Numbered from the stretch's first letter, positions 23,601-37,797 are shown. The stretch is 64,000 nt of DNA from Eledone cirrhosa (GCA_964016885.1 OZ024766.1:5828001-5892000); one strand, 5' to 3'. Notes: generated by a model from the sequence alone, not told the origin. Translations and numbers: made by a program.

Positions 23601-25920
23601 ACTCTTTTCTTCACCTAACAATCTTCATCACATGTCCATACCAGAGCAGTCCTCTCTCCTACAGACTACATCTGATTCCTCTTATACCCAGTTTTTCTCT
23701 CAGCTTAGGTCTTCCTTCTACTGAGAACTCTTTTCTTCACCTAGCAATCTTCATCACATGTCCATACCAGAGCAGTCCTCTCTCCTACAGACTACATCTG
23801 ATTCCTCTTATACCCAGTTTTTCTCTCAGCTTAGGTCTTCCTTCTACTGAGAACTCTTTTCTTCACCTAGCAATCTTCATCACATGTCCATACCAGAGCA
23901 GTCCTCTCTCCTACACACTACATCTGATTCCTCTTATACCCAGTTTTTCTCTCAGCTTAGGTCTTCCTTCTACTGAGAACTCTTTTCTTCACCTAGCAAT
24001 CTTCATCACATGTCCATACCAGAGCAGTCCTCTCTCCTACACACTACATCTCATTCCTCTTATACCCAGTTTTTCTCTCAGCTTAGGTCTTCCTTCTACT
24101 GAGAACTCTTTTCTTCACCTAGCAATCTTCATCACATGTCCATACCAGAGCAGTCCTCTCTCCTACACACTACATCTGATTCCTCTTATACCCAGTTTTT
24201 CTCTCAGCTTAGGTCTTCCTTCTACTGAGAACTCTTTTCTTCACCTAACAATCTTCATCACATGTCCATACCAGAGCAGCCCTCTCTCCTACACACTACA
24301 TCTGATTCCTCTAATACCCAGTTTTTCTCTCAGCTTAGGTCTTCCTTCTACTGAGAACTCTTTTCTTCACCTAGCAATCTTCATCACATGTCCATACCAG
24401 AGCAGTCCTCTCTCCTACACACTACATCTCATTCCTCTTATACCCAGTTTTTCTCTCAGCTTAGGTCTTCCTTCTACTGAGAACTCTTTTCTTCACCTAG
24501 CAATCTTCATCACATGTCCATACCAGAGCAGTCCTCTCTCCTACACACTACATCTGATTCCTCTTATACCCAGTTTTTCTCTCAGCTTAGGTCTTCCTTC
24601 TACTGAGAACTCTTTTCTTCACCTAACAATCATCACATGTCCATACCAGAGCAGTCCTCTCTCCTACACACACATCTGATTCCTCTAATACCCAGTTTTT
24701 CTCTCAGTCCAGGTCTTCCTTCTACTGAGAACTCTTTTCTTCACCTAGCAATCATCATCACATGTCCATACCAGAGCAGTCCTCTCTCCTACACACTACA
24801 TCTGATTCCTCTTATACCCAGTTTTTCTCTCAGCTTAGGTCATCCTTCTACTGAGAACTCTTTTCTTCACCTAGCAATCATCATCACATGTCCATACCAG
24901 AGCAGTCCTCTCTCCTACACACTACATCTGATTCCTCTTATACCCAGTTTTTCTCTCAGCTTAGGTCTTCCTTCTACTGAGAACTCTTTTCTTCACCTAA
25001 CAATCATCACATGTCCATACCAGTGCAGTCCTCTCTCCTACACACTACATCTGATTCCTCTTATACCCAGTTTGTCTCTCAGCTTAGGTCTTCCTTCTAC
25101 TGAGAACTCTTTTCTTCACCTAGCAATCATCACATGTCCATACCAGAGCAGTCCTCTCTCCTACACACTACATCTGATTCCTCTTATACCCAGTTTTTCT
25201 CTCAGCTTAGGTCTTCCTTCTACTGAGAACTCTTTTCTTCACCTAACAATCATCACATGTCCATACCAGTGCAGTCCTCTCTCCTACACACTACATCTGA
25301 TTCCTCTTATACCCAGTTTGTCTCTCAGCTTAGGTCTTCCTTCTACTGAGAACTCTTTTCTTCACCTAGCAATCATCACATGTCCATACCAGAGCAGTCC
25401 TCTCTCCTACACACTACATCTGATTCCTCTTATACCCAGTTTTTCTCTCAGCTTAGGTCTTCCTTCTACTGAGAGCTCTTTTCTTCACCTAACAATCATC
25501 ACATGTCCATACCAGTGCAGTCCTCTCTCCTACACACTACATCTGATTCCTCTTATACCCAGTTTTTCTCTCAGTCCAGGTCTTCCTTCTACTGAGAACT
25601 CTTTTCTTCACCTAACAATCTTCATCACATGTCCATACCAGAGCAGTCCTCTCTCCTACACACTACATCTGATTCCTCTTATACCCAGTTTTTCTCTCAG
25701 TCCAGGTCTTCCTTCTACTGAGAACTCTTTTCTTCACCTAACAATCATCACATGTCCATACCAGAGCAGTCCTCTCTCCTACACACTACATCTGATTCCT
25801 CTTATACCCAGTTTTTCTCTCAGCTTAGGTCTTCCTTCTACTGAGAACTCCTTTCTTCACCTAACAATCATCACATGTCCATACCAGTGCAGCCCTCTCT
25901 CCTACACACATCTGATTCTT
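20635..25920. repeat. 126/123-bp satellite, ~42 copies, derived from RTE ORF2 (minus strand: RGIRCSVxERxLxWYGHVM)
   Basis: 42-aa periodicity in ORF 21323..24679; the reverse complement matches the RTE segment at 17498-17550; flanked by degenerate RTE sequence (20190-20630, 25920-26150). Confidence 0.92.
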
Positions 25921-27264
25921 TTTGTATCAAGCTTTTTCTCTCAGTCTAGGTCTTCGATCCACTGGGATCTGAAGTCACTTCATCTAATAACCATTATCTA
26001 TTGATACCACATGTCCATACCAGTGCAGTCCTCTCTCCTACACACACACATTTGATGACTCTTATACCCAGGTCTCTCTCTACTTTGGCTCCCTTCCACT
26101 TCATCATCGATACAGATCACGTCGATACCAGTGCCAGCACTACACCTGATACATACATCTGTGTATATCATGACTCATACACTGTTCATTTTGCTTACAT
26201 TTGTACATTATTCTATGTACGAAACATGCACCTTTGATGGGATGTAGTGCACCTGAGCTCTGTACACAATTTTCTTTATATAAATGGTGTGTATATATAT
26301 ATAATAGTATGTGTCTGTTACACTGTTCATTTTGCTTACATTTGTACATTATTCTATGTACTATACATGCACCTTTGATGAGATGTAGTGCACCTGAGCT
26401 CTGTACACAATTTTCATTATTATTAACTACCTCAATTCTTCACCAGATAATTCTGTATCTTCTTCAATGATTCTCTTTGTCATCAGGGGGGTCGTCTGTG
26501 TTTGCTTTTCACATTTGTGGGGGCTCCCATGGTAAAATTTTTATTGCATGTTTGTTGAAAACTAAACCTCATTTGGTCATCCCATGAGAGTATCTTGGCC
26601 AGCCTATGAACTTTCTAGCTAACCCTTGTGTGTGTATATATCTATCTATCTATCTATATCTTCATCATCATCATCTTCTTCATTTTACGTCCACTTTTCC
26701 CTGCTTGCAAGGGTGGGACGGGAACTGATTCTGGCTTGATTTCTACAGCTGGATGCCCTTCCTAACACCAACCTCATTTACAGTGAGTGCTGGGTGCTTT
26801 TTTGCCGTGGCACCTCCACGATCACTTTACAGTGTGGGCTGGGTGCTTTTTTGCCGTGGCACCTCCACGATCACTTTACAGTGAGTGCTGGGTGCTTTTT
26901 TGCTGTGGCACCTCCACGACCACTTTACAGTGAGTGCTGGATGCTTTTTTGCCGTGGCACCTCCCCGTCCACTTTGCAGTGGAATGATAGGGACCCCAGT
27001 CCCTATCATCTCATTTCTACAGCTGAGTAAACTGGAGCAATGTGAAATAAAGTGTCTTGCTCAAGGACACAACACACCACCCGGTCTGAGAATTGAACTC
27101 ACAACCTGTCGATTGCAAGGCCAATGCTCTAACCACTAAGCCATGTGCCTCCATATATATATACACGAGATGACGAAGGACCGTGACAAGTGGAGAGATG
27201 CTGTGCTGAATAAGACCCGTCCCACCCTTGCAAGCAGGGTAGAGCGGCCGTAAAATGATGATGA

Positions 27265-27800
27265 TGATGATGATGATGTTATATATGAAAAGATTCAGGA
27301 CCCGACGGTTGAGCTCCAGCTGTTTCTACAGCTACAGGAGTCAGCTGACTATCAAGGAGTGATGCTAGTGCTGTGAAATCTTGCATGCATTAATTTGATG
27401 ATGATGATGATGATATATATGAAAAGATTCAGGACCCGACGGTTGAGCTCCAGCTGTTTCTACAGCTACAGGAGTCAGCTGACTATCAAGGAGTGATGCT
27501 AGAGCTGTGAAATCTTGCATGCATTCATTTGATGATGATGATGATGATATATATGAAAAGATTCAGGACCCGACGGTTGAGCTCCAGCTGTTTCTACAGC
27601 TACAGGAGTCAGCTGACTATCAAGGAGTGATGCTAGAGCTGTGAAATCTTGCATGCATTAATTTGATGATGATGATGATGATATATATGAAAAGATTCAG
27701 GACCCGACGGTTGAGCTCCAGCTGTTTCTACAGCTACAGGAGTCAGCTGACTATCAAGGAGTGATGCTAGAGCTGCGAAATCTTGCATGCATTCATTTCA
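27265..27800. repeat. 134-bp tandem repeat x4
   Basis: gaaaagattcagg recurs at 27287, 27421, 27555 and 27689. Confidence 0.9.
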
Positions 27801-28093
27801 ACTCTTCTTATTAATAACTGTATTGTTTCTTTCCAGGGACTATGTTGAAAAATAAAACCCATTTGGTCAATTCATGAGAGTATCTTGGTCAGTCTATGAA
27901 CCTTTCAGCAGGCCCTTGTACAAAGTCTGCTTGCTATCCAACTACATGTCATGTGTACCCAAGACTTACATAATGCACATCCTAGAATTTTACCCTATTC
28001 CTTTTCTTCATGTCAAGCAAGGTCACTACTCTGATGGAATCAAAGTCTAGTCACCCCCACCCAACATTTATAGTTCAGCTATTAACCCTTTAG

Positions 28094-29765
28094 CATTTAC
28101 ATTACTCTATATATACTGTTGTATTTTCACAGTAAAGGCTTTACCTCACATAACATTTACATTACTCTATATATACTATTGTATTTTCACAGTAAAGGCT
28201 TTACCTCACATAACATTTACATTACTCTATATATACTATTGTATTTTCACAGTAAAGGCTTTACCTCACATAATATCTCACATAACATTTACATTACTCT
28301 ATATATACTATTGTATTTTCACAGTAAAGGCTTTACCTCACATAATATCTCACATATCATTTACATTACTCTATATATACTATTGTATTTTCACAGTAAA
28401 GGCTTTACCTCACATAATACCTCACATAACATTTACATTACTCTATATATACTATTGTATTGTCACAGTAAAGGCTTTACCTCACATAACATTTACATTA
28501 CTCTATATATACTATTGTATTTTCACAGTAAAGGCTTTACCTCACATAATATCTCACATAACATTTACATTACTCTATATATACTATTGTATTTTCACAG
28601 TAAAGGCTTTACCTCACATAATATCTCACATAACATTTACATTACTCTATATATACTATTGTATTTTCACAGTAAAGGCTTTACCTCACATAATATCTCA
28701 CATAACATTTACATTACTCTATATATACTATTGTATTTTCACAGTAAAGGCTTTACCTCACATAATATCTCACATATCATTTACATTACTCTATATATAC
28801 TATTGTATTTTCACAGTAAAGGCTTTACCTCACATAATATCTCACATAACATTTACATTACTCTATATATACTATTGTATTTTCACAGTAAAGGCTTTAC
28901 CTCACATAATATCTCACATATCATTTACATTACTCTATATATACTATTGTATTTTCACAGTAAAGGCTTTACCTCACATAATATCTCACATAACATTTAC
29001 ATTACTCTATATATACTATTGTATTTTCACAGTAAAGGCTTTACCTCACATAATATCTCACATAACATTTACATTACTCTATATATACTATTGTATTTTC
29101 ACAGTAAAGGCTTTACCTCACATAATATCTCACATAACATTTACATTACTCTATATATACTATTGTATTTTCACAGTAAAGGCTTTACCTCACATAATAT
29201 CTCACATAACATTTACATTACTCTATATATACTATTGTATTTTCACAGTAAAGGCTTTACCTCACATAATATCTCACATAACATTTACATTACTCTATAT
29301 ATACTATTATATTTTCACAGTAAAGGCTTTACCTCACATAACATTTACATTACTCTATATATACTACTATATTTTCACAGTAAAGGCTTTACCTCACATA
29401 ACATTTACATTACTCTATATATACTATTGTATTTTCACAGTAAAGACTTTACCTCACATAATATCTCACATAACATTTACATTACTCTATATATACTATT
29501 GTATTTCCACAGTAAAGGCTTTACCTCACATAATATCTCACATAACATTTACATTACTCTATATATACTATTGTATTGTCACAGTAAAGGCTTTACCTCA
29601 CATAATATCTCACATAACATTTACATTACTCTATATATACTATTGTATTGTCACAGTAAAGGCTTTACCTCACATAATATCTCACATAACATTTACATTA
29701 CTCTATATATACTATTGTATTTTCACAGTAAAGGCTTTACCTCACATAATATCTCACAACATTTA
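28094..29765. repeat. 60/72-bp satellite (catttacattactctatatatactattgtattttcacagtaaaggctttacctcacataa)
   Basis: Visible array; begins at TTAACCCTTTAGCATT. Confidence 0.92.
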
Positions 29766-30783
29766 CCCTAACCCTTTATTATATATATAGGATTATTATT
29801 GTTGTTACCAGTGTATTACCAATAACTGCCAATCCACCACCCTTGCTATTAATAATAATAACAAGCAGTGGCTTAGCAGAGTCGGTAGAGCGTCGGACTC
29901 CATGCTTTGCAGCATAGAGCTACGGCCCTTTATGATCTGAGTTCAAATCCAGCTGAGGTTAACTTTGCCTTTCATCCTTACAGGGTCGATAAAATAAAGT
30001 ACCAGTATTGTACTGGGGTCGATTTAATTGAAGATTGTTGGCCGTGTGTGCCTCTATAAGAAACCAATAATAATTGTTTCTACTTTCGGCACAAGGCCAG
30101 CAATTATCCCAGTGTATTACTGGTACTTTATTTTATCGACCCCGTAACAACTGTTTCTACTTTAGGCACAAGGCCAGCAATTACCCCAGTGTATTACTGG
30201 TACTTTATTTTATTGACCTCGTAAGGATGAAAGGTAAAGTTAACCTCGGCGAGATTTTGAACTCAGATGATCGTAAAGGGCCGTAACTCTATGCTGCAAA
30301 GCTTGGCGTCTGACCCTCTACTGATACTGCCAATCCACAAACACCAAAAATAATAATAATTGTTTCTACTTTTGGCACAAGGCCAGCAATTACCCCAGTG
30401 TATTACTGGTACTTTAATAATAATAATTGTTTCTACTTTTGGCACAAGGCCAGCAATTACCCCAGTGTATTACTGGTACTTTAATAATAATAATTGTTTC
30501 TACTTTTGGCACAAGGCCAGCAATTACCCCAGTGTATTACTGGTACTTTAATAATAATAATTGTTTCTACTTTTGGCACAAGGCCAGCAATTACCCCAGT
30601 GTATTACTGGTACTTTATTTTATCGAACCCCCGTAAAGGATGAAAGGCAAAGTTAACGTCGGCGGGATCTGGAACTCAGATGATCGTAAAGGGCCGTAAC
30701 TCTATGCTGCAAAGCCTGGCGCCCCGTCCCCGTCCCGTCCCGTCCGCCCCTCTACCGATAGATACTGCCAAATCCACCGCCCT

Positions 30784-31394
30784 AACAACAACAACACCAA
30801 CACCAGCAACAACAACAACAACACCAACAGCAACAGTAACACCAACAACAGCAGCAACAACAACAACAGCAACAACAACACCAACAGCAACAACAACAAC
30901 AACAACAACAACAGCACCAACACCAACACCAGCAACAACAACAACAACACCAACAACAACAGTAACACCAACAACAGCAGCAACAACAACAACAGCAACA
31001 ACAACACCAACAGCAACAACAACAACAACAACAACAACAGCACCAACACCAACACCAGCAACAACAACAACAACACCAACAACAGCAACAACAACACCAA
31101 CAGCAACAACAACACCAACAACAGCAACAACAACACCAACAGCAACAACAACAACAACAACAACACCAACAACAGCAGCAACAACACCAACAACAGCAAC
31201 AACAACACCAACAGCAACAACAACACCAACAACAGCAACAACACCAACAGCAACAACAACAACAGCAACTGCAACAACAACAACACCAGCAACAACAACA
31301 ACAACAACAACAACACCAACAGCGACACCAACAACGACACCAACAACAACGCAGAGGAGAAAATGAAAATGAAGAAGAACAACAACAACAACAA
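30784..31394. repeat. cryptic (CAA/CAG/CAC)n trinucleotide tract just downstream of the S6K stop
   Basis: Visible; GUU/GCU-rich on the mRNA strand. Confidence 0.9.
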
Positions 31395-31448
31395 GAAGAG
31401 GCAAGTTTTAGTGGAAAATATGAAATGTGTCCCTATTTTGTGCGAACG

Positions 31449-31677
31449 TCAGTGCCTCCAGTAATTTGACCGAGGGGTTGCACGGCTGTCGAGGTTTGAG
31501 CAGTGGTTACCCAGCCTGCCGCCCGAGGGGGCTGTTGCTGCGGCTATAGCAGGGGAACGGGATCTTTTCGGTACGGTAAGGGCCACTGATGATATATCCA
31601 TAGCTTCCGGGTCTTCTCTCATTAAACTGTGACCGGCTAAACAGCGGTCCATTAACGGGGCCGCAACACTGAGGGGG
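31449..31677 (-). CDS. RPS6KB1: S6K terminal coding exon (SPLSVAAPLMDRCL...EAMDISS...NYWRH*)
   Basis: (ct)n-ccacag acceptor; phase 2 fits the previous exon; in frame with ORF 31449..31652; TGA at 31449-31451. The C-terminal tail is poorly conserved, so support is mainly structural. Confidence 0.75.
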
Positions 31678-31713
31678 CTGTGGAGAGAGAGAGAGAGAGA
31701 GAGAGAGGGTAAG

Positions 31714-31803
<90 letters not shown>

Positions 31804-31906
31804 ATATATGTGTGTGTTTGTTTAACAGTTTTTTAGCTTGTGTGTGTGTGTGTATATATATGTGTGTGTGTGTGTGTGTATATATGTGTGTGTGTATATA
31901 TATATA

Positions 31907-31937
<31 letters not shown>

Positions 31938-31974
31938 ATATATGTGTGTGTTTGTGTAACAGAGTTTTTTAGCT

Positions 31975-32005
<31 letters not shown>

Positions 32006-32090
32006 GTGTGTGTGTGTGTATATATATATATATGTGTGTGTGTTTGTGTGTATATATATGTGTGTGTGTGTATATATATATATGTGTGTG

Positions 32091-32131
<41 letters not shown>

Positions 32132-32195
32132 GTGTGTGTGTGTGTGTGTATGTGTGTATATATATATGTGTGTGTGTATATATATGTGTGTGCGT

Positions 32196-32231
<36 letters not shown>

Positions 32232-32746
32232 TTATATATGGGTGCGTGTGTGTGTAAAAAGTAAATGGAAACAATAAAGAAAACAACACAGTACAATGAA
32301 GAAATATATACACACACATATATACATATATACACACACACATATATATATATACACATATATACATACACACATATATATACATATATACACACATATA
32401 TATATACATATATACACATATATATATATACATATATACACATATATATATATATATACATATATACACATATATATATATACATATACACACACACATA
32501 TATATATATACACACATATATATATACACACATATATATATATACATATATACACATATATATATACATATATACACGCATATATATACACACCCTTCTC
32601 AACATGAAATGAAAGGAAGTGAATATTTTCATACGGAGAGGAAGAGAGAGGAGAGGAGAGAGAGAGAGAGGGAGAGATAAACAGAAAGAAATAGAGGGAA
32701 GTACAGGTAGTGATGGTCGTGGTTGGATTGTCAGTAGCATTATTAC

Positions 32747-32841
32747 CTTGTTGGTCCTCGGAAACCTGCCATTATTTGCCGGCGAGGAGACTTTGATTTC
32801 AGCAACTCTGTAAACACAGAGGGAGCCACATATGTGAAACC
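32747..32841 (-). CDS. RPS6KB1: S6K exon (GFTYVAPSVFTELLKSKSPRRQIMAGFRGPT; hydrophobic motif)
   Basis: ttctag acceptor and gtaata donor; 95 nt; completes FLGFTYVAPS (mTORC1-site equivalent), followed by the SPRR autoinhibitory motif. Confidence 0.95.
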
Positions 32842-32869
32842 CTAGAAGAGAGAGAAAGAAGAAAATAAT

Positions 32870-34735
32870 TCAGTGAAGGAAGAATACGCTATCTTCAATT
32901 TAGTATTTGGGCCACCCCATACCTGTGGTCAGGAATCTTGGGTAATGACGTAAAGAATACAATTGTGAATACAAGTGGCCGAAATGGGGTTCTCCAGATA
33001 TGGGTTTCGAGTCATGTTACTTGATAGAGTGTGTAGCTTGGAGATGAGAGAGTCACTCCAGGTAGAGCTGCTACTTCTCTGAATTGAGAGATCACAGCTC
33101 TGATACTACAGACATGTGGTTAGAATGTCTGAGGAAAGAATCTCTGAATTGAGAGACCACAGCTCTGATACTACAGACATGTGGTTAGAATGTCTGAGGA
33201 AAGAATCTCTGAATTGAGAGATCACAGCTCTGATACTACAGACATGTGGTTAGAATGTCTGAGGAAAGAATCTCTGAATTGAGAGATCACAGCTCTGATA
33301 CTACAGACATGTGGTTAGAATGTCTCAGGAAAGAATCTCTGAATTGAGAGACCACAGCTCTGATACTACAGACATGTGGTTAGAATGTCTGAGGAAAGAA
33401 TCTCTGAATTGAGAGATCACAGCTCTGATACTACAGACATGTGGTTAGAATGTCTGAGGAAAGAATCTCTGAATTGAGAGATCACAGCTCTGATACTACA
33501 GACATGTGGTTAGAATGTCTGAGGAAAGAATCTCTGAATTGAGAGATCACAGCTCTGATACTACAGACATGTGGTTAGAATGTCTGAGGAAAGAATCTCT
33601 GAATTGAGAGATCACAGCTCTGATACTACAGACATGTGGTTAGAATGTCTGAGGAAAGAATCTCTGAATTGAGAGATCACAGCTCTGATACTATGGACAT
33701 GTGGTTAGAATGTCTGAGGAAAGAATCTCTGAATTGAGAGATCACAGCTCTGATACTACAGACATGTGGTTAGAATGTCTGAGGAAAGAATCTCTGAATT
33801 GAGAGATCACAGCTCTGATACTACAGACATGTGGTTAGAATGTCTGAGGAAAGAATCTCTGAATTGAGAGACCACAGCTCTGATACTACAGACATGTAGT
33901 TAGAATGTCTGAGGAAAGAATCTCTGAGTTGAGAGATCACAGCGCTGATACTACAGACATGTGGTTAGAATGTCTCAGGAAAGAATTTCTGAATTGAGAG
34001 ATCACAGCTCTGATACTACAGACATGTGGTTAGAATGTCTCAGGAAAGAATCTCTGAATTGAGAGATCACAGCTCTGATACTACAGACATGTGGTTAGAA
34101 TGTCTGAGGAAAGAATCTCTGAATTGAGAGATCACAGCTCTGATACTACAGACATGTGGTTAGAATGTCTCAGGAAGGAATCTCTGAATTGAGAGACCAC
34201 AGCTCTGATACTACAGACATGTGGTTAGAATGTCTGAGGAAAGAATCTCTGAATTGAGAGATCATAGCTCTGATACTACAGACTTGTAGTTAGAATGTCC
34301 CAGGAAAGAATCTCTGAATTGAGAGATCACAGCTCTGATACTACAGACATATGGTTAGAATGTCTGAGGAAAGAATCTCTGAATTGAGAGATCACAGCTC
34401 TGATACTACAGACATGTGGTTAGAATGTCTGAGGAAAGAATCTCTGAATTGAGAGACCACAGCTCTGATACTATGGACATGTGGTTAGAATGTCTGAGGA
34501 AAGAATCTCTGAATTGAGAGATCACAGCTCTGATACTATGGACATGTGGTTAGAATGTCTGAGGAAAGAATCTCTGAATTGAGATATCACAGCTCTGATA
34601 CTACAGACATGTGGTTAGAATGTCTCAGGAAAGAATCTCTGGATATAACATCCATGAGCTTGGCTGGTTACATAAGCGAGACACTGCCGGGTCTATATAA
34701 ACCCATCCAGGGATGGGATAGTAGACTTAAAACAA
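32870..34735 (+). mobile_element. degenerate RTE (Expander/Rex3-like) LINE fragment containing a 65-bp satellite (33077-34640, ~24 copies)
   Basis: Degenerate translation ..GQESWVMT.RIQ..IQVAEMGF..RESLQVELLLL.IERSQL.YYRHVVRMSEERI; period 65 (33141, 33206). Confidence 0.75.
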
Positions 34736-34768
34736 CAACAACAAAGACAATAAAGAAGATGACATATA

Positions 34769-34846
34769 CAGGGTGTCCGCCCAAAATGCATACACATTTC
34801 AACAGCAAGTAAACAAGGAGTGCATACATTTTTGGGGGACACCCTG
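34769..34846. mobile_element. 78-bp Tc1/mariner-type MITE
   Basis: TA-CAGGGTGTCCGCCCAAAATGCATAC..GCATACATTTTTGGGGGACACCCTG-TA. Confidence 0.8.
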
Positions 34847-34874
34847 TATATGCATATACAGTGACTATACTGAC

Positions 34875-34982
34875 CAGAAACAACTCGTTTGCACTGTCAC
34901 TCAGGATTGTGTCATCTGGAGAATCAACTGGAGTCTGTCTGGTGAATTTACTATCAAAGTGACTAACATCTTCATCTCCACT
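34875..34982 (-). CDS. RPS6KB1: S6K exon (SGDEDVSHFDSKFTRQTPVDSPDDTILSDSANELFL; turn motif)
   Basis: tttccgccag acceptor and gtcagt donor; 108 nt; FDSKFTRQTPVDSPDD is S6K-specific. Confidence 0.96.
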
Positions 34983-35152
34983 CTGGCGGAAAGAAAAAAA
35001 CAGAGAACTTAATATCGGCTTGCAAGGAAAGTGGTAGAAGGTAAAACATCAAATTTAATATAGAAATGGCTTCTACAGGACTAGAACTGTTTCATTTGAA
35101 AGCTACCCTGATGATTTCTTTTGAATGAAATAGTTCGAGTCAGGTAGAAGCC

Positions 35153-35192
<40 letters not shown>

Positions 35193-35494
35193 TATATGTA
35201 TCTTATATATATATCTTATATATATATCTTATATATATATCTTTTATATATATCTTTTATATATATCTTATATATATATATCTTTTATATATATATCTTT
35301 TATATATATCTTATATATATATATCTTATATATATATATCTTATATATATATCTTATATATATCAAAAAATATATATCTTATATCTTACATTAATTATTT
35401 TCCATCTTGACGTAATAGTCACTTATATATGAAATACTGTTGGCTTCTCGCTCACAATAATTTCTATATATATATATATATATATACATATATA

Positions 35495-36036
35495 TGATGG
35501 CTGCCCCCTCGTTATCGAGTATGGCCATTGCACGATATACCATTATTAATAATTATTAATTAATTCTATCGTGCAATGCCTGTGCGTGAAGATATATTTT
35601 AAAGTGAGGAAAGACTGTGCACTGAGCCAATCCCACTCTGTGAGAGACAGTAGCTATAACCCCAAAAGAAAAGATCAACATCATCGGTAACTACTGAGCT
35701 GCAGGTTTTATATCGGAGTTATCCCAGTTTCCTGAGTTGCCTTCTCCTAGAAGAATGTCCTGACAAGGGCTAGGGGTCCTTCACTCCCAGTGGTTTACCC
35801 GTGCGGTACATGTGTATATACATATTTACACACTTTTGGATGGCCGTTGACTCTTATCAGTTCTTCCGCCCTTTGTCAGGTTTTGTTTTTTTGTCCTGCA
35901 GGGTGTCCAGAATCACCCTCCTCACCAAGTAAACTTGGTGGGGTTGCCGGTTTAGTCGCCGACGACCCGACCCGACCGAACCATGCGACAGGTTGTACTG
36001 GGTTACATGTTACCAGTAGCACTCAAGAGTGACCCA
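35495..36036 (-). mobile_element. non-autonomous RTE-related element; second copy at 52969-53714 interrupted by a SINE B
   Basis: Two near-identical copies; the 5' and 3' ends match the 553-1160 remnant. Confidence 0.7.
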
Positions 36037-36466
36037 ATATATATATATATACATACATATATAAACACACACATATCTATTTATATACATAAGTGTGGAA
36101 TATATATATATATATCCAGCGAATCTTCGGACCATTAATGTGTGATCTCCATGGGTATGTCATTATTTATAAAACAAAGGGCGGTGGATTGGCAGTATCG
36201 GTAAAGGGTCGGACGCCATGCTTTCCAGCATAGTTACGTCCCTTTACATTCTGAGTTCAAATCCCGCCGAGGTTAACTTTGCCTTTCATCCTTACGGGGT
36301 CGATAAAATAAAGTACCAGTAATGTACTGGGTATTTGCTGACCTTGTGCCTAAAGAAGAAACAATTATTTATAAAACAAATCGATAAAATAAAGTACCAG
36401 TAATGTACTGGGTAATTGCTGGCCTTGTGCCTAAAGTAGAAACAATTATTTATAAAACAAATTTTG

Positions 36467-36530
36467 TATTTTATCTGATGAAAGCGCACCAAGTTTGCTT
36501 GGTCGCCCTTGAAATATATATAATAAAATA
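36467..36530 (+). ncRNA. type I hammerhead ribozyme motif
   Basis: TATTTTAT-CTGATGA-stem II (GCG.ACCAAG/CTTGGTCGC)-GAA-ATATATAT-A-ATAAAATA. Confidence 0.75.
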
Positions 36531-36632
36531 AATATAGTTTCCATTTATTATTATCTTGGAATATTTACTCCAGTAACTTGTTGAGTTATAAACATTTATG
36601 TTTGTCGAAATTTCAACAAATTAAATACAACT

Positions 36633-36672
<40 letters not shown>

Positions 36673-36756
36673 AAGTTATATTTAAAATTGTTGGGTTACA
36701 ACTAGTAAATATTTATAACTGATATAAAAGCACTCGACAAATATTTGGAGTATATT

Positions 36757-37131
36757 TACAATATTAAATAAATGGAAAACTATATTTATAAAACCATATT
36801 TATTTCATTATATATATTTCGGGGATATCATATTAACAATATGCTATGCCTTCATCAGACAAAATACAATATAAACAGTTTTATAGATAAATATATTCGA
36901 CATACCGTAATAAACATCAACTTCATTTGAAGAGGTTTACTGCTAGAGTAAACCTCTTCAAATGAAGTTGATGTTTATTATGGTATGTCGAATATATTTA
37001 TCTATAAAACTGTTTATATTGTATTTTGTCTGATGAAGGCATAGCATATTGTTAATATGATATCCCCGAAATATATATAATGAAATAAATATGGTTTTAT
37101 AAATATAGTTTTCCATTTATTTAATATTGTA
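36757..37131. repeat. near-perfect ~185-bp-arm palindrome
   Basis: Centre ggtttac-tgctaga-gtaaacc at ~36934-36954; the arms are reverse complements and each carries a hammerhead motif. Confidence 0.92.
37022..37087 (+). ncRNA. hammerhead motif in the right arm of a palindrome (mirror copy at 36801-36866, minus)
   Basis: TATTTTGT-CTGATGA-AGG..CATATT/AATATG..CC-GAAATATATATA-ATGAAATA; the base of stem II is imperfect. Confidence 0.6.
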
Positions 37132-37702
37132 TATATATATATATATATATACGTTATTCCGGGTTGAATCGGAGGTAACCACAGTAAGTAAGGTACTCAA
37201 TACATAGCAGAGTATAAAAGTTTTAATATAGATGAGATTCTACAGGACTAGAACTGTTTCATTCTGCAGAAATCATCAGGAATCATTCCGATTCCTGATG
37301 ATTTCTGAAGAATGAAACATTTCTAGTCCTGTAGAATCTCATCTATATATATCATCATCATCATCATCATCATCATTTTACGTCCGCTTTTCCCTGCTTG
37401 CAAGGGTGGGACGGGAACTGATTCTGGCTTGATTTCTACAGCTGGATGCCGTTCCTAACACCAACCTCATTTACAGTGAGTGCTGGGTGCTTTTTTGCCA
37501 TGGCACCTCCACGACCACTTTGCAGTTGCAGTGGAATGATAGGGACCCCAGTCCCTATCATCTCATTTCTACAGTTGAGTAAACTGGAGCAATGTGAAAT
37601 AAAGTGTCTTGCTCAAGGAAACAACACATCACCCGGTCTGAGAATTGAACTCACAACCTTTCGATTGCAAGGCCAATGCTCTCACCACTAAGCCATGTGC
37701 CT

Positions 37703-37797
<95 letters not shown>

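Noticed and set aside
21323-26004. 1118-aa and 455-aa ORFs
   Set aside because: They are the antisense reading of an RTE-derived 126/123-bp satellite. The unit length is a multiple of 3, the 3-nt variants are trinucleotide slips, and the frame breaks near 24670.
28119-29771. 550-aa ORF (and 320-aa ORF at 59443..60405)
   Set aside because: 60/72-bp satellite translation.
30676-31404. Mucin-like poly-Thr ORF and poly-Val/poly-Leu ORFs
   Set aside because: Trinucleotide tract that starts inside a SINE; open in several frames; lies in the S6K 3' UTR region.
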